Assembly: GCA_051744985.1 (NCBI GenBank)
Contig: JBNJDP010000002.1
Coordinates: 597-64,596 of the forward strand
From: Chlamydiota bacterium
GTDB taxonomy: Bacteria > Chlamydiota > Chlamydiia > Chlamydiales > JABHNK01
Direction of reading: 5' to 3'
Length of the DNA: 64,000 nt
In this document: positions 18,987 to 27,749 of the stretch, piece by piece
How the letters are laid out: each line of letters begins with the position of its first letter
Position numbering within the stretch: position 1 is the stretch's first letter
Notes under the pieces: model-generated
Databases searched by the model: none
What the model was told of the DNA's origin: nothing
Seen by the model: the letters and a program-made list of their open reading frames with translations, nothing else
Translations under genes and position numbers: made by a program

Positions 18987-19149
18987 AATAAACTCTCATC
19001 TTTATAAAAAGTTGCCGTATTATATAAAATAATAGGAAAAAAAGACAATCCCACTGCAAGGTCTGATAATCTAGAAAAAGCTTTTCTTGCATAATAATTA
19101 TCATTTCTCTTTAAATAAAAAGTAGCATCTATTTTGGAGGTAAAGCTAT

Positions 19150-19446
19150 ATGTGGAGAGCATTTCTAGCTATATGTGCTTTAAGCGCAGCAGGCGGTTAT
19201 TCAGAGGTTATAGACCTAAAATATTCACCCAAATTAAAAGTGAAGACAATTTTACTAGATCACGGAACCCGTGATCCTACGAGGCCTATCGAAGACATCG
19301 AAGTTAAGGGATATACTATCCATGATGTAAAGATTATTGCTGGCGATGACAAGGGGTTACCTGAGACATTGGTTATCACCTACCATGAAAGGGCTAATTA
19401 TCCACAGGTCAACCAAGGGCAATCTAATCCTGACAGTTACCGTTAA
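19150..19446 (+). CDS. Small secreted hypothetical protein
   Basis: ggagg lies 9 nt upstream. The N-terminus MWRAFLAICALSAAGG is signal-peptide like. Confidence 0.5.
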   Translation: MWRAFLAICALSAAGGYSEVIDLKYSPKLKVKTILLDHGTRDPTRPIEDIEVKGYTIHDVKIIAGDDKGLPETLVITYHERANYPQVNQGQSNPDSYR

Positions 19447-19460
19447 TAAGGATACTAGAC

Positions 19461-20399
19461 GTGACAACTCCTGAGGTTTCCAACACAGATCCCTTATCAG
19501 CCCATAATGTTCATATGCTAGGGCGTCAAGATAAGTTAGAGGATTTAGAGGACTTCCCCCCTATCCCGACAGCGATGGTTTTACCCCATGGTACGACATA
19601 TCATGTGACGGTACGCCATTTAAAGCGTAAGAAGCTCAAGAAATTGATAGTACGTCGCAGGAAAGAAGGAAGAAAGCGAAAAAGATATTATGATGATCTC
19701 GTTTCTATGGAGGAGACTGCCGACAAGACTGATGATGTCTTTTTCTTTTTCATTTATAATGTTTTTGCTGGAAGTCAGGACACCTCACAAAAATTCAAAC
19801 GTTTAGCAAAGTGGCTCCGCTTGAGGGCTGTCGACGAACAAAAAGCACTAGAATATGAAGCTAGGTGTAAGAGGGAAGATTCTTTAAAAGACATCCGCAA
19901 ATTTTGGCAAGCTATTTTTGCCCGCGAAATGTTGACAATTAAAGATCATGCCCAAGCAGGTTCTATCGCTGTTAACCTGTCGCAATTGCGCCAAAATATC
20001 TATGATGACCTAGAAGATTTTTTCAAAACTTCTACGTGGGATAAAATTTGCGAAAAATATAGCATTGACCCTTTGTCAACGGCTTGGTTCGGTGAAGACA
20101 ACCATTATTTGATGGAAGAATTCAAAAGCTTTATGCTAAAAAAGTATAAAACCGCGCTCTTGGATCGCTATAAAACCCTACTCTCGACCTCTGTTAAAAA
20201 CCCTAAAGACCCCCTATACTCCCCTGTTATTGAAAAATTCAAGGTCAGCGTCGAGCGAGCCCTCAAAGCATACCTCAATGAGATTTTGAAGGTCGAAAAC
20301 GCCTACTACCAAGACATACAAAAAATTGCCGAACGCCAAACTTCCCCCAGCTTGTTACCAAAAGTCCTCTCTCTCTCCCAAAAGCTTGGACTTTTTTAA
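19461..20399 (+). CDS. Hypothetical protein with strongly basic NLS-like cluster
   Basis: GTG start 14 nt after the upstream stop. Contains RHLKRKKLKKLIVRRRKEGRKRKRYY (about 19614-19695); the rest is helical. Confidence 0.55.
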   Translation: MTTPEVSNTDPLSAHNVHMLGRQDKLEDLEDFPPIPTAMVLPHGTTYHVTVRHLKRKKLKKLIVRRRKEGRKRKRYYDDLVSMEETADKTDDVFFFFIYNVFAGSQDTSQKFKRLAKWLRLRAVDEQKALEYEARCKREDSLKDIRKFWQAIFAREMLTIKDHAQAGSIAVNLSQLRQNIYDDLEDFFKTSTWDKICEKYSIDPLSTAWFGEDNHYLMEEFKSFMLKKYKTALLDRYKTLLSTSVKNPKDPLYSPVIEKFKVSVERALKAYLNEILKVENAYYQDIQKIAERQTSPSLLPKVLSLSQKLGLF

Positions 20400-20557
20400 C
20401 CTGCGGTTTGTGATACAACCTTTGAACTGACATGGTTGAAAACCATTTTAACCTTCTTTTTAGTCATAACGATTAAAAAATGCTGGCTAATAAATTACCT
20501 CTTCTCCTACATTGTTCGACTTGATTTTTGTTATAAATATATGGAGTATAGCTTATT

Positions 20558-21313
20558 ATGATGAAGAAATTTCTTATAACTTGCTTAGCGGCTCTGCCTC
20601 TAATGACCGGCACAGCAGCTCAGGCCGAAGTCCACGGAAAATTCGATCTAGGCCCCGTCTTAATGAAAGCAGGGTTAAAGAGTAAAAGGCCAACCGATGG
20701 ATCACCAGAATCCGGTGAAGTCAAGTATTGGGACACTAACAAGCATATGCTTGGAGTACAAGGTAATGGCACTTTGGTATGGTCCAACGGCTTCTGCCTT
20801 AAGCCTAGAATGTTGTGGGCCCAAAAACATGATGACCTTTACAGTGGCGGCTTAGGAGCAGGCTGGTATCTTCCTGTGATGAAAGACGTAAGCTTAACAC
20901 CATATGCTGGGATGAACTTCAGCCATTACACACGTCAAGTCAACTACGGCGAAGCTTATCATGGTCAAGGAAACCCACAAAGTGTTGATCTATATCCACA
21001 ACATAAATTCATTTCAAAATCACCTTTTGTTGCTGTAGACTTCAACTGGAACTTTATCGAAAAATGGGCCCTTTCCGGCGGAGTAAGCTACGCATGGGTT
21101 CAAACTCGTACTAAGACTAGCAATGAAAAAGAAGGTATATTAGTTTACTCTAAAGGCGAATCGCGAGGGTTTAACTACAATGTTCAAGTCGATTACTTTA
21201 TCAACGATCACTGGGGCGTTAATGCAGCTTATGCTATTAACCGCGCCGCCAACGATGATGATGAAGGTATGAGAGGCAGCGGCTACCGCATCGGTGCTAG
21301 CTACCGCTTCTAA
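20558..21313 (+). CDS. Outer-membrane beta-barrel protein (signal peptide, C-terminal Phe)
   Basis: N-terminus MMKKFLITCLAALPLMTGTAAQA. Aromatic/Gly-rich alternating strands; ends GASYRF. Confidence 0.65.
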   Translation: MMKKFLITCLAALPLMTGTAAQAEVHGKFDLGPVLMKAGLKSKRPTDGSPESGEVKYWDTNKHMLGVQGNGTLVWSNGFCLKPRMLWAQKHDDLYSGGLGAGWYLPVMKDVSLTPYAGMNFSHYTRQVNYGEAYHGQGNPQSVDLYPQHKFISKSPFVAVDFNWNFIEKWALSGGVSYAWVQTRTKTSNEKEGILVYSKGESRGFNYNVQVDYFINDHWGVNAAYAINRAANDDDEGMRGSGYRIGASYRF

Positions 21314-21345
21314 GCGATTTGCAATAATTGTCAAAAAGCAATATT

Positions 21346-21375
21346 ATGCGTCTCTTGATGAGGCGCATTTTTTTT
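21346..21375 (+). terminator. Rho-independent terminator after the OMP gene
   Basis: atgcgtctc (21346-21354) pairs with gaggcgcat (21360-21368), followed by a T8 run. Confidence 0.7.
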
Positions 21376-21386
21376 GGAGGAATTTT

Positions 21387-22229
21387 ATGCCGGAATTACC
21401 TGAAGTTACTACCGTTGTTGAGGGGTTAAAAACTCATGGGGTGATAGGTTGCACCATCGAAGAAACACACCTATATTGGGAAGGCAGTCTAGCCTCCCCC
21501 TCCCCTGCTGAATTCATAAAAAACGCTCCCCAAAAAACTATCCTTGACCTACGCCGCCGAGGTAAATATATTGTCTTAGAGTTATCCGAAGGCTATTCTA
21601 TGCTCATTCACTTAAGGATGACAGGGCAGCTAAATATCGTACCTTCGGATATACCTCATGATATCCATGACAGGGTAATATTATTGCTAAACGATGGGCG
21701 AGAGTTGCGCTTTAGTGATGCCCGCAAGTTCGGCAAACTTTGGCTTACTAAAAACCCTGAAGAAATTTTAGACTCTTTAGGTATAGAACCGTTGGAAGAT
21801 ACATTAACCCCGGAAGCTTTACACCATATCCTTCATGGTCGACGGCGTCTAATAAAGCCTTTATTGTTAGATCAACACTTAATAGCAGGGCTAGGCAACA
21901 TCTATGTCGATGAAGCCCTTTGGCGAGCTAAGATCCACCCCCAACGCCTTTCTAATACTTTAAGCGAAAGCGAGAGCAAAAAATTATGTTATGCTATCAA
22001 AGAAGTCTTGAGGTTAGGCATTAAATACCAAGGGACTACTTTGGGAAAGTCTTCAACGAATTTCCATAGCGTCGGAAAGCAAAAAGGATCTCACCAAAAT
22101 GTTCTCCAAGTCTTTCGCCGCCAAGGCCTTCCCTGCCCCGAGTGCCAGACGGAGATCATAAAAATAGTCGTAGGACAGAGAAGCACCTACCTTTGCCCTC
22201 AATGTCAAAATATAAAGGAAGATTTATGA
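21387..22229 (+). CDS. mutM: Formamidopyrimidine-DNA glycosylase
   Basis: The canonical N-terminus MPELPEV starts at 21387, after ggagg; the track ORF from 21294 is an upstream extension. The C-terminal zinc finger is CPECQTEI..YLCPQCQ. Confidence 0.9.
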   Translation: MPELPEVTTVVEGLKTHGVIGCTIEETHLYWEGSLASPSPAEFIKNAPQKTILDLRRRGKYIVLELSEGYSMLIHLRMTGQLNIVPSDIPHDIHDRVILLLNDGRELRFSDARKFGKLWLTKNPEEILDSLGIEPLEDTLTPEALHHILHGRRRLIKPLLLDQHLIAGLGNIYVDEALWRAKIHPQRLSNTLSESESKKLCYAIKEVLRLGIKYQGTTLGKSSTNFHSVGKQKGSHQNVLQVFRRQGLPCPECQTEIIKIVVGQRSTYLCPQCQNIKEDL

Positions 22230-22936
22230 AAAAACATTGGATAGCACTATTATTATTATTGTCAGCACCCTTTATAGGGTTCTCTCAGCAAAAGATTTCT
22301 TCCGTAAGGCATATCCAAGTAGCTTTATTTACACCGGTGCAATTACAACGAGAGAATACTGACATTCACGGTTTTCGCTGGAATATCATCTATGGCCGTA
22401 ACCGCTCTTTGATAGGGCTAGACGTAGGTTTGGTTAATACTATCAAAAAAAACACTACAGGAGTGCAGCTAGCAGGCTTTTTTAATAGTGTAGATGGTAA
22501 TTTTTACGGTTATCAAGCAGGCCTTGGCAACCTTGTCGATGAAAGTTTCTGGGGATGGCAATACGGGATACTCAACCTTTCGGGAAAACATTATGGTGTT
22601 CAACAAGGGATTGTTAATATTAACAATCACACTTTTACAGGGTGGCAGTGGGGAATCGTTAACCTAGGAGGTGATTTTGTTGGATTACAAAATAGCTTCG
22701 TCAATATTAATAGCGGCCATCATTTTGAAGGCTGGCAGCTAGCTTTTGGCAATGTCACTCGCAGCTTTTTGGGTCTTCAAACGGGAGCTGTCAATGTCTC
22801 CAATAATGTTAAAGGTATCCAATTAGGTTTTTTTAATATCACCCGCAGCCTTCAAGGTGTCCAGCTAGGTTTTGCCAATATCCAAACCGATTGCGAATTC
22901 TTTAAGTTGCTGCCCTTTATCAACATTTCCTGGTAA
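22226..22936 (+). CDS. Secreted repeat protein (about ten 14-16-aa G-[VWLIY]-Q-x-[GA]-x-x-N repeats)
   Basis: The ATG at 22226 overlaps the mutM stop (ATGA). Signal peptide MKKHWIALLLLLSAPFIGFS, then regular GVQLAGFFN / GWQYGILN / GIQLGFFN units. Confidence 0.65.
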   Translation: MKKHWIALLLLLSAPFIGFSQQKISSVRHIQVALFTPVQLQRENTDIHGFRWNIIYGRNRSLIGLDVGLVNTIKKNTTGVQLAGFFNSVDGNFYGYQAGLGNLVDESFWGWQYGILNLSGKHYGVQQGIVNINNHTFTGWQWGIVNLGGDFVGLQNSFVNINSGHHFEGWQLAFGNVTRSFLGLQTGAVNVSNNVKGIQLGFFNITRSLQGVQLGFANIQTDCEFFKLLPFINISW

Positions 22937-23034
22937 TCCTTCATTATTTTACCCACCTGTGATAGTAAAAACCTCTGCTGGCCCTAAAGCTAGCAGAGGT
23001 TTTCTTTAACCTCACAGAAGAATAGACTTTTTAT

Positions 23035-23316
23035 CTATTCAGAGTGATGGCAGCATCCGCAAAAAGCGTTATAAAGCCAAGCAAACAGCGCTAAGCCTAT
23101 AAAAACATCGATAAATCCGTAAATCAAACCTATGATACTTCCGCCAACGCTGATAGTAAACCCTGGATATATAGACGCCAGCACATCCAAGAACATTTTA
23201 CCATAACCTGCCGTTTCCATAGAACTAGTAACTACTGAAATCAGTGTTACTACAAAAACAGCCAGCCCCCACAGTACTCCACCTGCCAGACCTAATTTTA
23301 CTGGATGTAATTTCAT
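23035..23316 (-). CDS. Small membrane protein with C-terminal CGCCHH motif
   Basis: 93 aa with three hydrophobic segments; ends FCGCCHHSE. Confidence 0.5.
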   Translation of the reverse strand: MKLHPVKLGLAGGVLWGLAVFVVTLISVVTSSMETAGYGKMFLDVLASIYPGFTISVGGSIIGLIYGFIDVFIGLALFAWLYNAFCGCCHHSE

Positions 23317-23418
23317 AATATCCTCCCATAAAATGATTAAAATATAATGCCAAACCTTTTAGATTAGATTTATGGCAAACCGTAATTTCAACTTAACAGA
23401 TAAAGAATTTAATACAAA

Positions 23419-24924
23419 TTATTTTTTAGCCACCGTCATCCAAGGAGGAATAGTAGTAGCTGCTTGGGAGCGCAAAGTTTCCGGTACTGCCCCGACTTGC
23501 TGCTGACGATAGTGTTCAATTTCACGCTGTCTTTCCCTCAGTGCTGTAGGGCTGTCGACCTTTTTATCTTCCTTATCGCTATTAAAGATATCAGAAAATT
23601 TAGTGTAAATAGAACGAACCTTACAACCTTCGATAGGCGAGTTATCAGTAGTTATCCAGCGCACCTTTTTTTTCTCTAAAAGCCGGGGTTCTACGGCTTT
23701 TAGATTAGTAATCTTATAGGTCACCGCGGCAATAATAGTAGAAACAATATTAGCCAATAAAGGGGGAAGCTTTTTATTTAAGATAAACTCCGAAAAAGGG
23801 ACCTTGGTATCCAGGTTTACGTCTATCATCCTCATCATTCTAGTAACATAAGCAGTACAATTGCCTCTGACATGGCAATAAGGAGCTCCCGAGACTTTGT
23901 CGGTACTATCGTAATCTCTATCTTCATCTCTAACGATATCGTAAGGCTCTCCAGAATCACGGGTGTCGATCAACAGCTGCTGTAAAACCTTTCCCCATTT
24001 TTCTTGGCTAACAACAAAAGGGGTCTCAACTTTAGGGCCGCAGCCCTTATAGGATTCATAATCATCGACCATATGCATATAAGCTCTTTGAACCATGAAT
24101 TCAAACTTTTGCCGATATAGGCCCATAGATATCATCCGCCCATCAGGAGTTCGTAAACGTAACCAGCTGTGAAGGCCTTTGAAAGTATGATGACCATCCT
24201 GACACTGAGTCATGACCGAAACAACCCACTCCCCCTTAAGGTGATCGGGAACCTCTTGCCTATCATAAACAATAGCTCTGCTTATCAGCTTTTCGATATC
24301 CTCTTTTTTAGCAGGGTCAAGCTCTTCTAGCGTCGGCTCTGTTGGATCAGCTTCTATCTCTCTTAAATTAGGTCTTGGCACCCACCCCTCACAAGTGTAG
24401 TAAGCGTTAAGGGTTGTTTGCTTGATAGGATCGTAGCCAAAACTGTAAGTATCAGGTATTTCGACCCACGGCTTAACCTCACCTTGACATAGTAAGCCAG
24501 CATGACCTTCCTCGTCTAGATGCATACGATGCTTAGCAGCATCATCAAGAGCCTGGAACTTATTATGCAAATAGTTATACTTTGCAAAATGGTATAACCC
24601 GGGGTTACTATCTTCTTGGAACACTTGAGGATCAATGCCGTGTTTCACCGCTAGTATCGTACGCTGTAACCTATCGATATCAGGAGCAAGGTCTTTGCTC
24701 TTTATAGCTGCAAAGCGATTTTTATCAAAATTATCAGCAATCTTCAAAAAAGATGGTGCGTCTTCCTCAAGCTTTTGGCACAAAGCTTTTGCCAAAGCTA
24801 CTTCTTGTTGCGTACGGTAAGAACGCCCCCTTAAAAAACCTTTAGCTTTTTCAGAAAATGTAGGTGCGAGATTATTGCCGACAGTTCTATAACCTAAAGC
24901 TTCCAACCCTGATATAACAGCCAT
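23419..24924 (-). CDS. Hypothetical protein; possible permuted NlpC/P60 (LRAT/H-REV107-like) His...Asn-Cys arrangement
   Basis: GLH252SWLRLRTPDGRMISMG resembles HWAIYVGDGYVVH, and GNC356TAYV resembles NCEHFV. The spacing is about 104 aa. The similarity is weak. Confidence 0.55.
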   Translation of the reverse strand: MAVISGLEALGYRTVGNNLAPTFSEKAKGFLRGRSYRTQQEVALAKALCQKLEEDAPSFLKIADNFDKNRFAAIKSKDLAPDIDRLQRTILAVKHGIDPQVFQEDSNPGLYHFAKYNYLHNKFQALDDAAKHRMHLDEEGHAGLLCQGEVKPWVEIPDTYSFGYDPIKQTTLNAYYTCEGWVPRPNLREIEADPTEPTLEELDPAKKEDIEKLISRAIVYDRQEVPDHLKGEWVVSVMTQCQDGHHTFKGLHSWLRLRTPDGRMISMGLYRQKFEFMVQRAYMHMVDDYESYKGCGPKVETPFVVSQEKWGKVLQQLLIDTRDSGEPYDIVRDEDRDYDSTDKVSGAPYCHVRGNCTAYVTRMMRMIDVNLDTKVPFSEFILNKKLPPLLANIVSTIIAAVTYKITNLKAVEPRLLEKKKVRWITTDNSPIEGCKVRSIYTKFSDIFNSDKEDKKVDSPTALRERQREIEHYRQQQVGAVPETLRSQAATTIPPWMTVAKK

Positions 24925-25024
24925 TGAGATTATCCTCTTTTAAATTTCAAAGATGAGGCAATATAAAAATTTATTGCTTATCAAGCAAGAAAATCCTCAG
25001 CAATAAGGCTGAGGGTCAGCGGTA

Positions 25025-25071
25025 AACCCGTGATGTCTCCTTAATCTTCGAGCAGGAGGACATCACGGGTT
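25025..25071 (-). terminator. Strong hairpin downstream of leuS
   Basis: aacccgtgatgtc..tcc pairs with gga..gacatcacgggtt (13-bp perfect core). It lies 26 nt past the leuS stop. The T-run is weak. Confidence 0.4.
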
Positions 25072-25096
25072 AAAACGATGATTTATCAGATAGCTA

Positions 25097-27670
25097 TTAA
25101 ACTACGATATTAAGCAGCTTGTTAGGGATAAAGATAATCTTGCGCGGTTCACGACCAGCAAGGTGTTGATGAACTCTAGAATCCTTAACAGCAGCATCAT
25201 AGATCTGTTGCTGGCTTTGATCTTTAGGTAGCTCTAGTCTACCGCGCAATTTACCATTGACCTGAACGATATAAACCACTGTATCTTCACGAAGATATTT
25301 CTCTTCCACCCTAGGTATAGGAGCAAGGGCAAGGTCAGAGGTATTACCCAAAAGGCACCAAGCTTCTTCGGCAATATGAGGCGCTATAGGCGCCAAGCAA
25401 TGGCATGCTATCTCCAAGACCTCTCGAGGGTAAGAAGGAAGTTTAGTAAGCTGATTGATGAATTCCATCAACTTTGCTATAGCAGTATTGAAGAGAAGGC
25501 CTTCAATGTCTCTAGAAACGCCATCGAGAAGCTTATGAGCTAATTTAAGAGCTTCCTCAGAATTTGTATCGGAAACCTTGTCGGAATTGATAGCATCATA
25601 AAATTTATCCAAAAATCTACGGCAACCTTGGATAGGATCGCTATTCCAGATTTTAGCCTTTTCCAAAGGTCCCATGAACATTACCAGCATCCTTAAAGCA
25701 TCGACACCCCAGTCTTTAATAACTTCTTCGGGGTCTACGCCGTTAAGCTTTGATTTTGACATCTTCTCAACTTGACGGCGGACCTTTTCACCGGTTTCCT
25801 TATGGTAAAAATAGCCGTCCCTTTCTTCAACATCTTTAGGAGCAACGTAAGCGCCAGTATTTTTCTGATAAGAATAAGCAGAAATAATCCCCTGGTTACG
25901 TAAGCGTTTAAAAGGTTCAGGAGTAGAAACCAACCCACAATCATATAGGACCTTATGCCAAAAGCGGGCGTACAAGAGGTGTAATACAGCATGTTCTGCC
26001 CCTCCGACATATTGATCGACGGGCATCCAGTAATTTTCAGCTTCTGGGCTCCAAGCTTCATCGTCATTATGGGGATCGATATAGCGCAAATAGTACCAGC
26101 AAGATCCGGCCCATTGAGGCATGGTATTGGTCTCACGGAGAGCTTTTTTGCCGGTTTTAGGATCGACAATTTCCAACCACTCCTTAGCTTTCGCCAGAGG
26201 GCTGCTGCCATCGCCGCAAGGCTTAAAATCAGTAAGGTCGGGAGGCATCAAAGGCAGCTCATCGGCATCCAAAACTCGGCGAGAGCCATCTTCTAAGTGT
26301 AGCACCGGAAACGGTTCCCCCCAATAACGTTGTCGAGAAAACAGCCAATCCCGCAACTTATAGCTGACATTTTTTTCTCCGAAACCTTTCTTTTCTAGCC
26401 ATTCAATAATGGTACGTTTAGCTTCTGCAACAGGCAAGCCATTAAGGGAAATTTCATCATTGGCGCTATTGATGCAAACCCCTTCGCCAGTCCAACAGAT
26501 TTTTCCTTGCAAAACTTTCTGCCGCAAAAGCTGAGGGTCAACATCTTCAGGAACCAGCTCGGGGTAACCTTCAGTATCGGGATCGAAGACCGGCAAAATG
26601 GGAAGGTTGAACTTTAAGGCAAACTGAAAATCCCGCTCATCATGGCAAGGTACAGCCATAATAGCTCCTGTACCGTACCCTATCAAAACATAATCAGAAA
26701 TCCAGATGGGTATTCTCTTGCCATTGACGGGGTTGACGGCATAAGCGCCAGTAAAGACACCCGTCTTGTGCTGTGAAAGTTCTGTACGCTGCAAATCACT
26801 TTTAGATGCTGCTTCTTGGCGGTAGTCTTCAACAGCATGCATACAATCTTCGGTAATGATCTTATCGACCAAAGGATGTTCCGGAGACAGCACCATATAA
26901 GTAGCGCCGAAGAGCGTGTCAGGGCGGGTAGTAAAAACGGTGATGATTTCACCAGTACTATCTTCAGCAAAGTCAACTTTAGCTCCCTCGCTGCGCCCTA
27001 TCCAGTTAGCTTGAGCTTTTTTGAGACCTTCGGGCCAATCGATAAACTCTAGATCATCGATCAACCTTTGGGCGTATTCAGTAATTTTAAGGACCCACTG
27101 CTTTAGAGGACGCCTTTCGATAGGATCGCCGGTATCGATATAAACCCCATCCTGGACTTCTTCATTGGCTACTACCGTCCCCAGAGCGGGACAATAGTTT
27201 ACCATCATTTCCGCCTCATAAGCCAAACCTCTTTCATAAAGCTTAGTAAAGATCCACTGGGTCCATTTATAATATTTGGGATCACTAGTAGCGATTTCCC
27301 GGTCCCAGTCATAGGCAAATCCTAAAGATTGCAGCTGATGGCGGAAGTTATCGATATTATTTTTGGTGGTAATAGCAGGGTGAGTGCCGGTACGCATAGC
27401 ATAGCGCTCAGCAGGCAAGCCAAAACTATCCCATCCCATAGGGTGAAGGACATTGTAGCCTTTCTTGAGCATATAGCGCCCTAAGATATCGGTAGCTGTA
27501 TATTGAAGAACGTGCCCCATGTGTAGCCCACTTCCTGAAGGGTAAGGAAACATATCCAAGAGGTAGTACTTGGGCTTAGAATCGTCGATGTCCGCTTTGA
27601 AGGTTTTCTTTTGCAGCCAATACTGCTGCCACTTTGGTTCTATTGCGCTGGGGTCGTATTTTTGGGTCAT
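25097..27670 (-). CDS. leuS: Leucyl-tRNA synthetase
   Basis: PYPSGSGLHMGH (HIGH motif), KMSKSK (KMSKS motif), 857 aa, full-length class I LeuS pattern. Confidence 0.97.
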   Translation of the reverse strand: MTQKYDPSAIEPKWQQYWLQKKTFKADIDDSKPKYYLLDMFPYPSGSGLHMGHVLQYTATDILGRYMLKKGYNVLHPMGWDSFGLPAERYAMRTGTHPAITTKNNIDNFRHQLQSLGFAYDWDREIATSDPKYYKWTQWIFTKLYERGLAYEAEMMVNYCPALGTVVANEEVQDGVYIDTGDPIERRPLKQWVLKITEYAQRLIDDLEFIDWPEGLKKAQANWIGRSEGAKVDFAEDSTGEIITVFTTRPDTLFGATYMVLSPEHPLVDKIITEDCMHAVEDYRQEAASKSDLQRTELSQHKTGVFTGAYAVNPVNGKRIPIWISDYVLIGYGTGAIMAVPCHDERDFQFALKFNLPILPVFDPDTEGYPELVPEDVDPQLLRQKVLQGKICWTGEGVCINSANDEISLNGLPVAEAKRTIIEWLEKKGFGEKNVSYKLRDWLFSRQRYWGEPFPVLHLEDGSRRVLDADELPLMPPDLTDFKPCGDGSSPLAKAKEWLEIVDPKTGKKALRETNTMPQWAGSCWYYLRYIDPHNDDEAWSPEAENYWMPVDQYVGGAEHAVLHLLYARFWHKVLYDCGLVSTPEPFKRLRNQGIISAYSYQKNTGAYVAPKDVEERDGYFYHKETGEKVRRQVEKMSKSKLNGVDPEEVIKDWGVDALRMLVMFMGPLEKAKIWNSDPIQGCRRFLDKFYDAINSDKVSDTNSEEALKLAHKLLDGVSRDIEGLLFNTAIAKLMEFINQLTKLPSYPREVLEIACHCLAPIAPHIAEEAWCLLGNTSDLALAPIPRVEEKYLREDTVVYIVQVNGKLRGRLELPKDQSQQQIYDAAVKDSRVHQHLAGREPRKIIFIPNKLLNIVV

Positions 27671-27749
27671 AATTTTCCGCCATGTATGTATTAGGTTAAA
27701 AATGAAGCTTTATGTTATCATCGGGTTTTAATTTAAGCAAGACTTAGGT

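Noticed and set aside
19398-19406. Perfect DnaA-box consensus TTATCCACA
   Set aside because: It is a single copy inside a coding region. One chance hit to a 9-mer is expected at roughly this window size, and no cluster is present.
21294-22228. Track ORF starts at 21294 (mutM) and 22142 (repeat protein)
   Set aside because: These are upstream extensions. The canonical MPELPEV start at 21387 and the signal-peptide start at 22226 both have proper RBS or coupling signals.
25735-27052. Several 60-160-aa ORFs on both strands inside leuS (25735-26211, 25991-26296, 26121-26327, 26683-26976, 26816-27052)
   Set aside because: They lie entirely within a confidently identified, full-length leuS reading frame. 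They have low-complexity products and no RBS, so they are treated as frame shadows.
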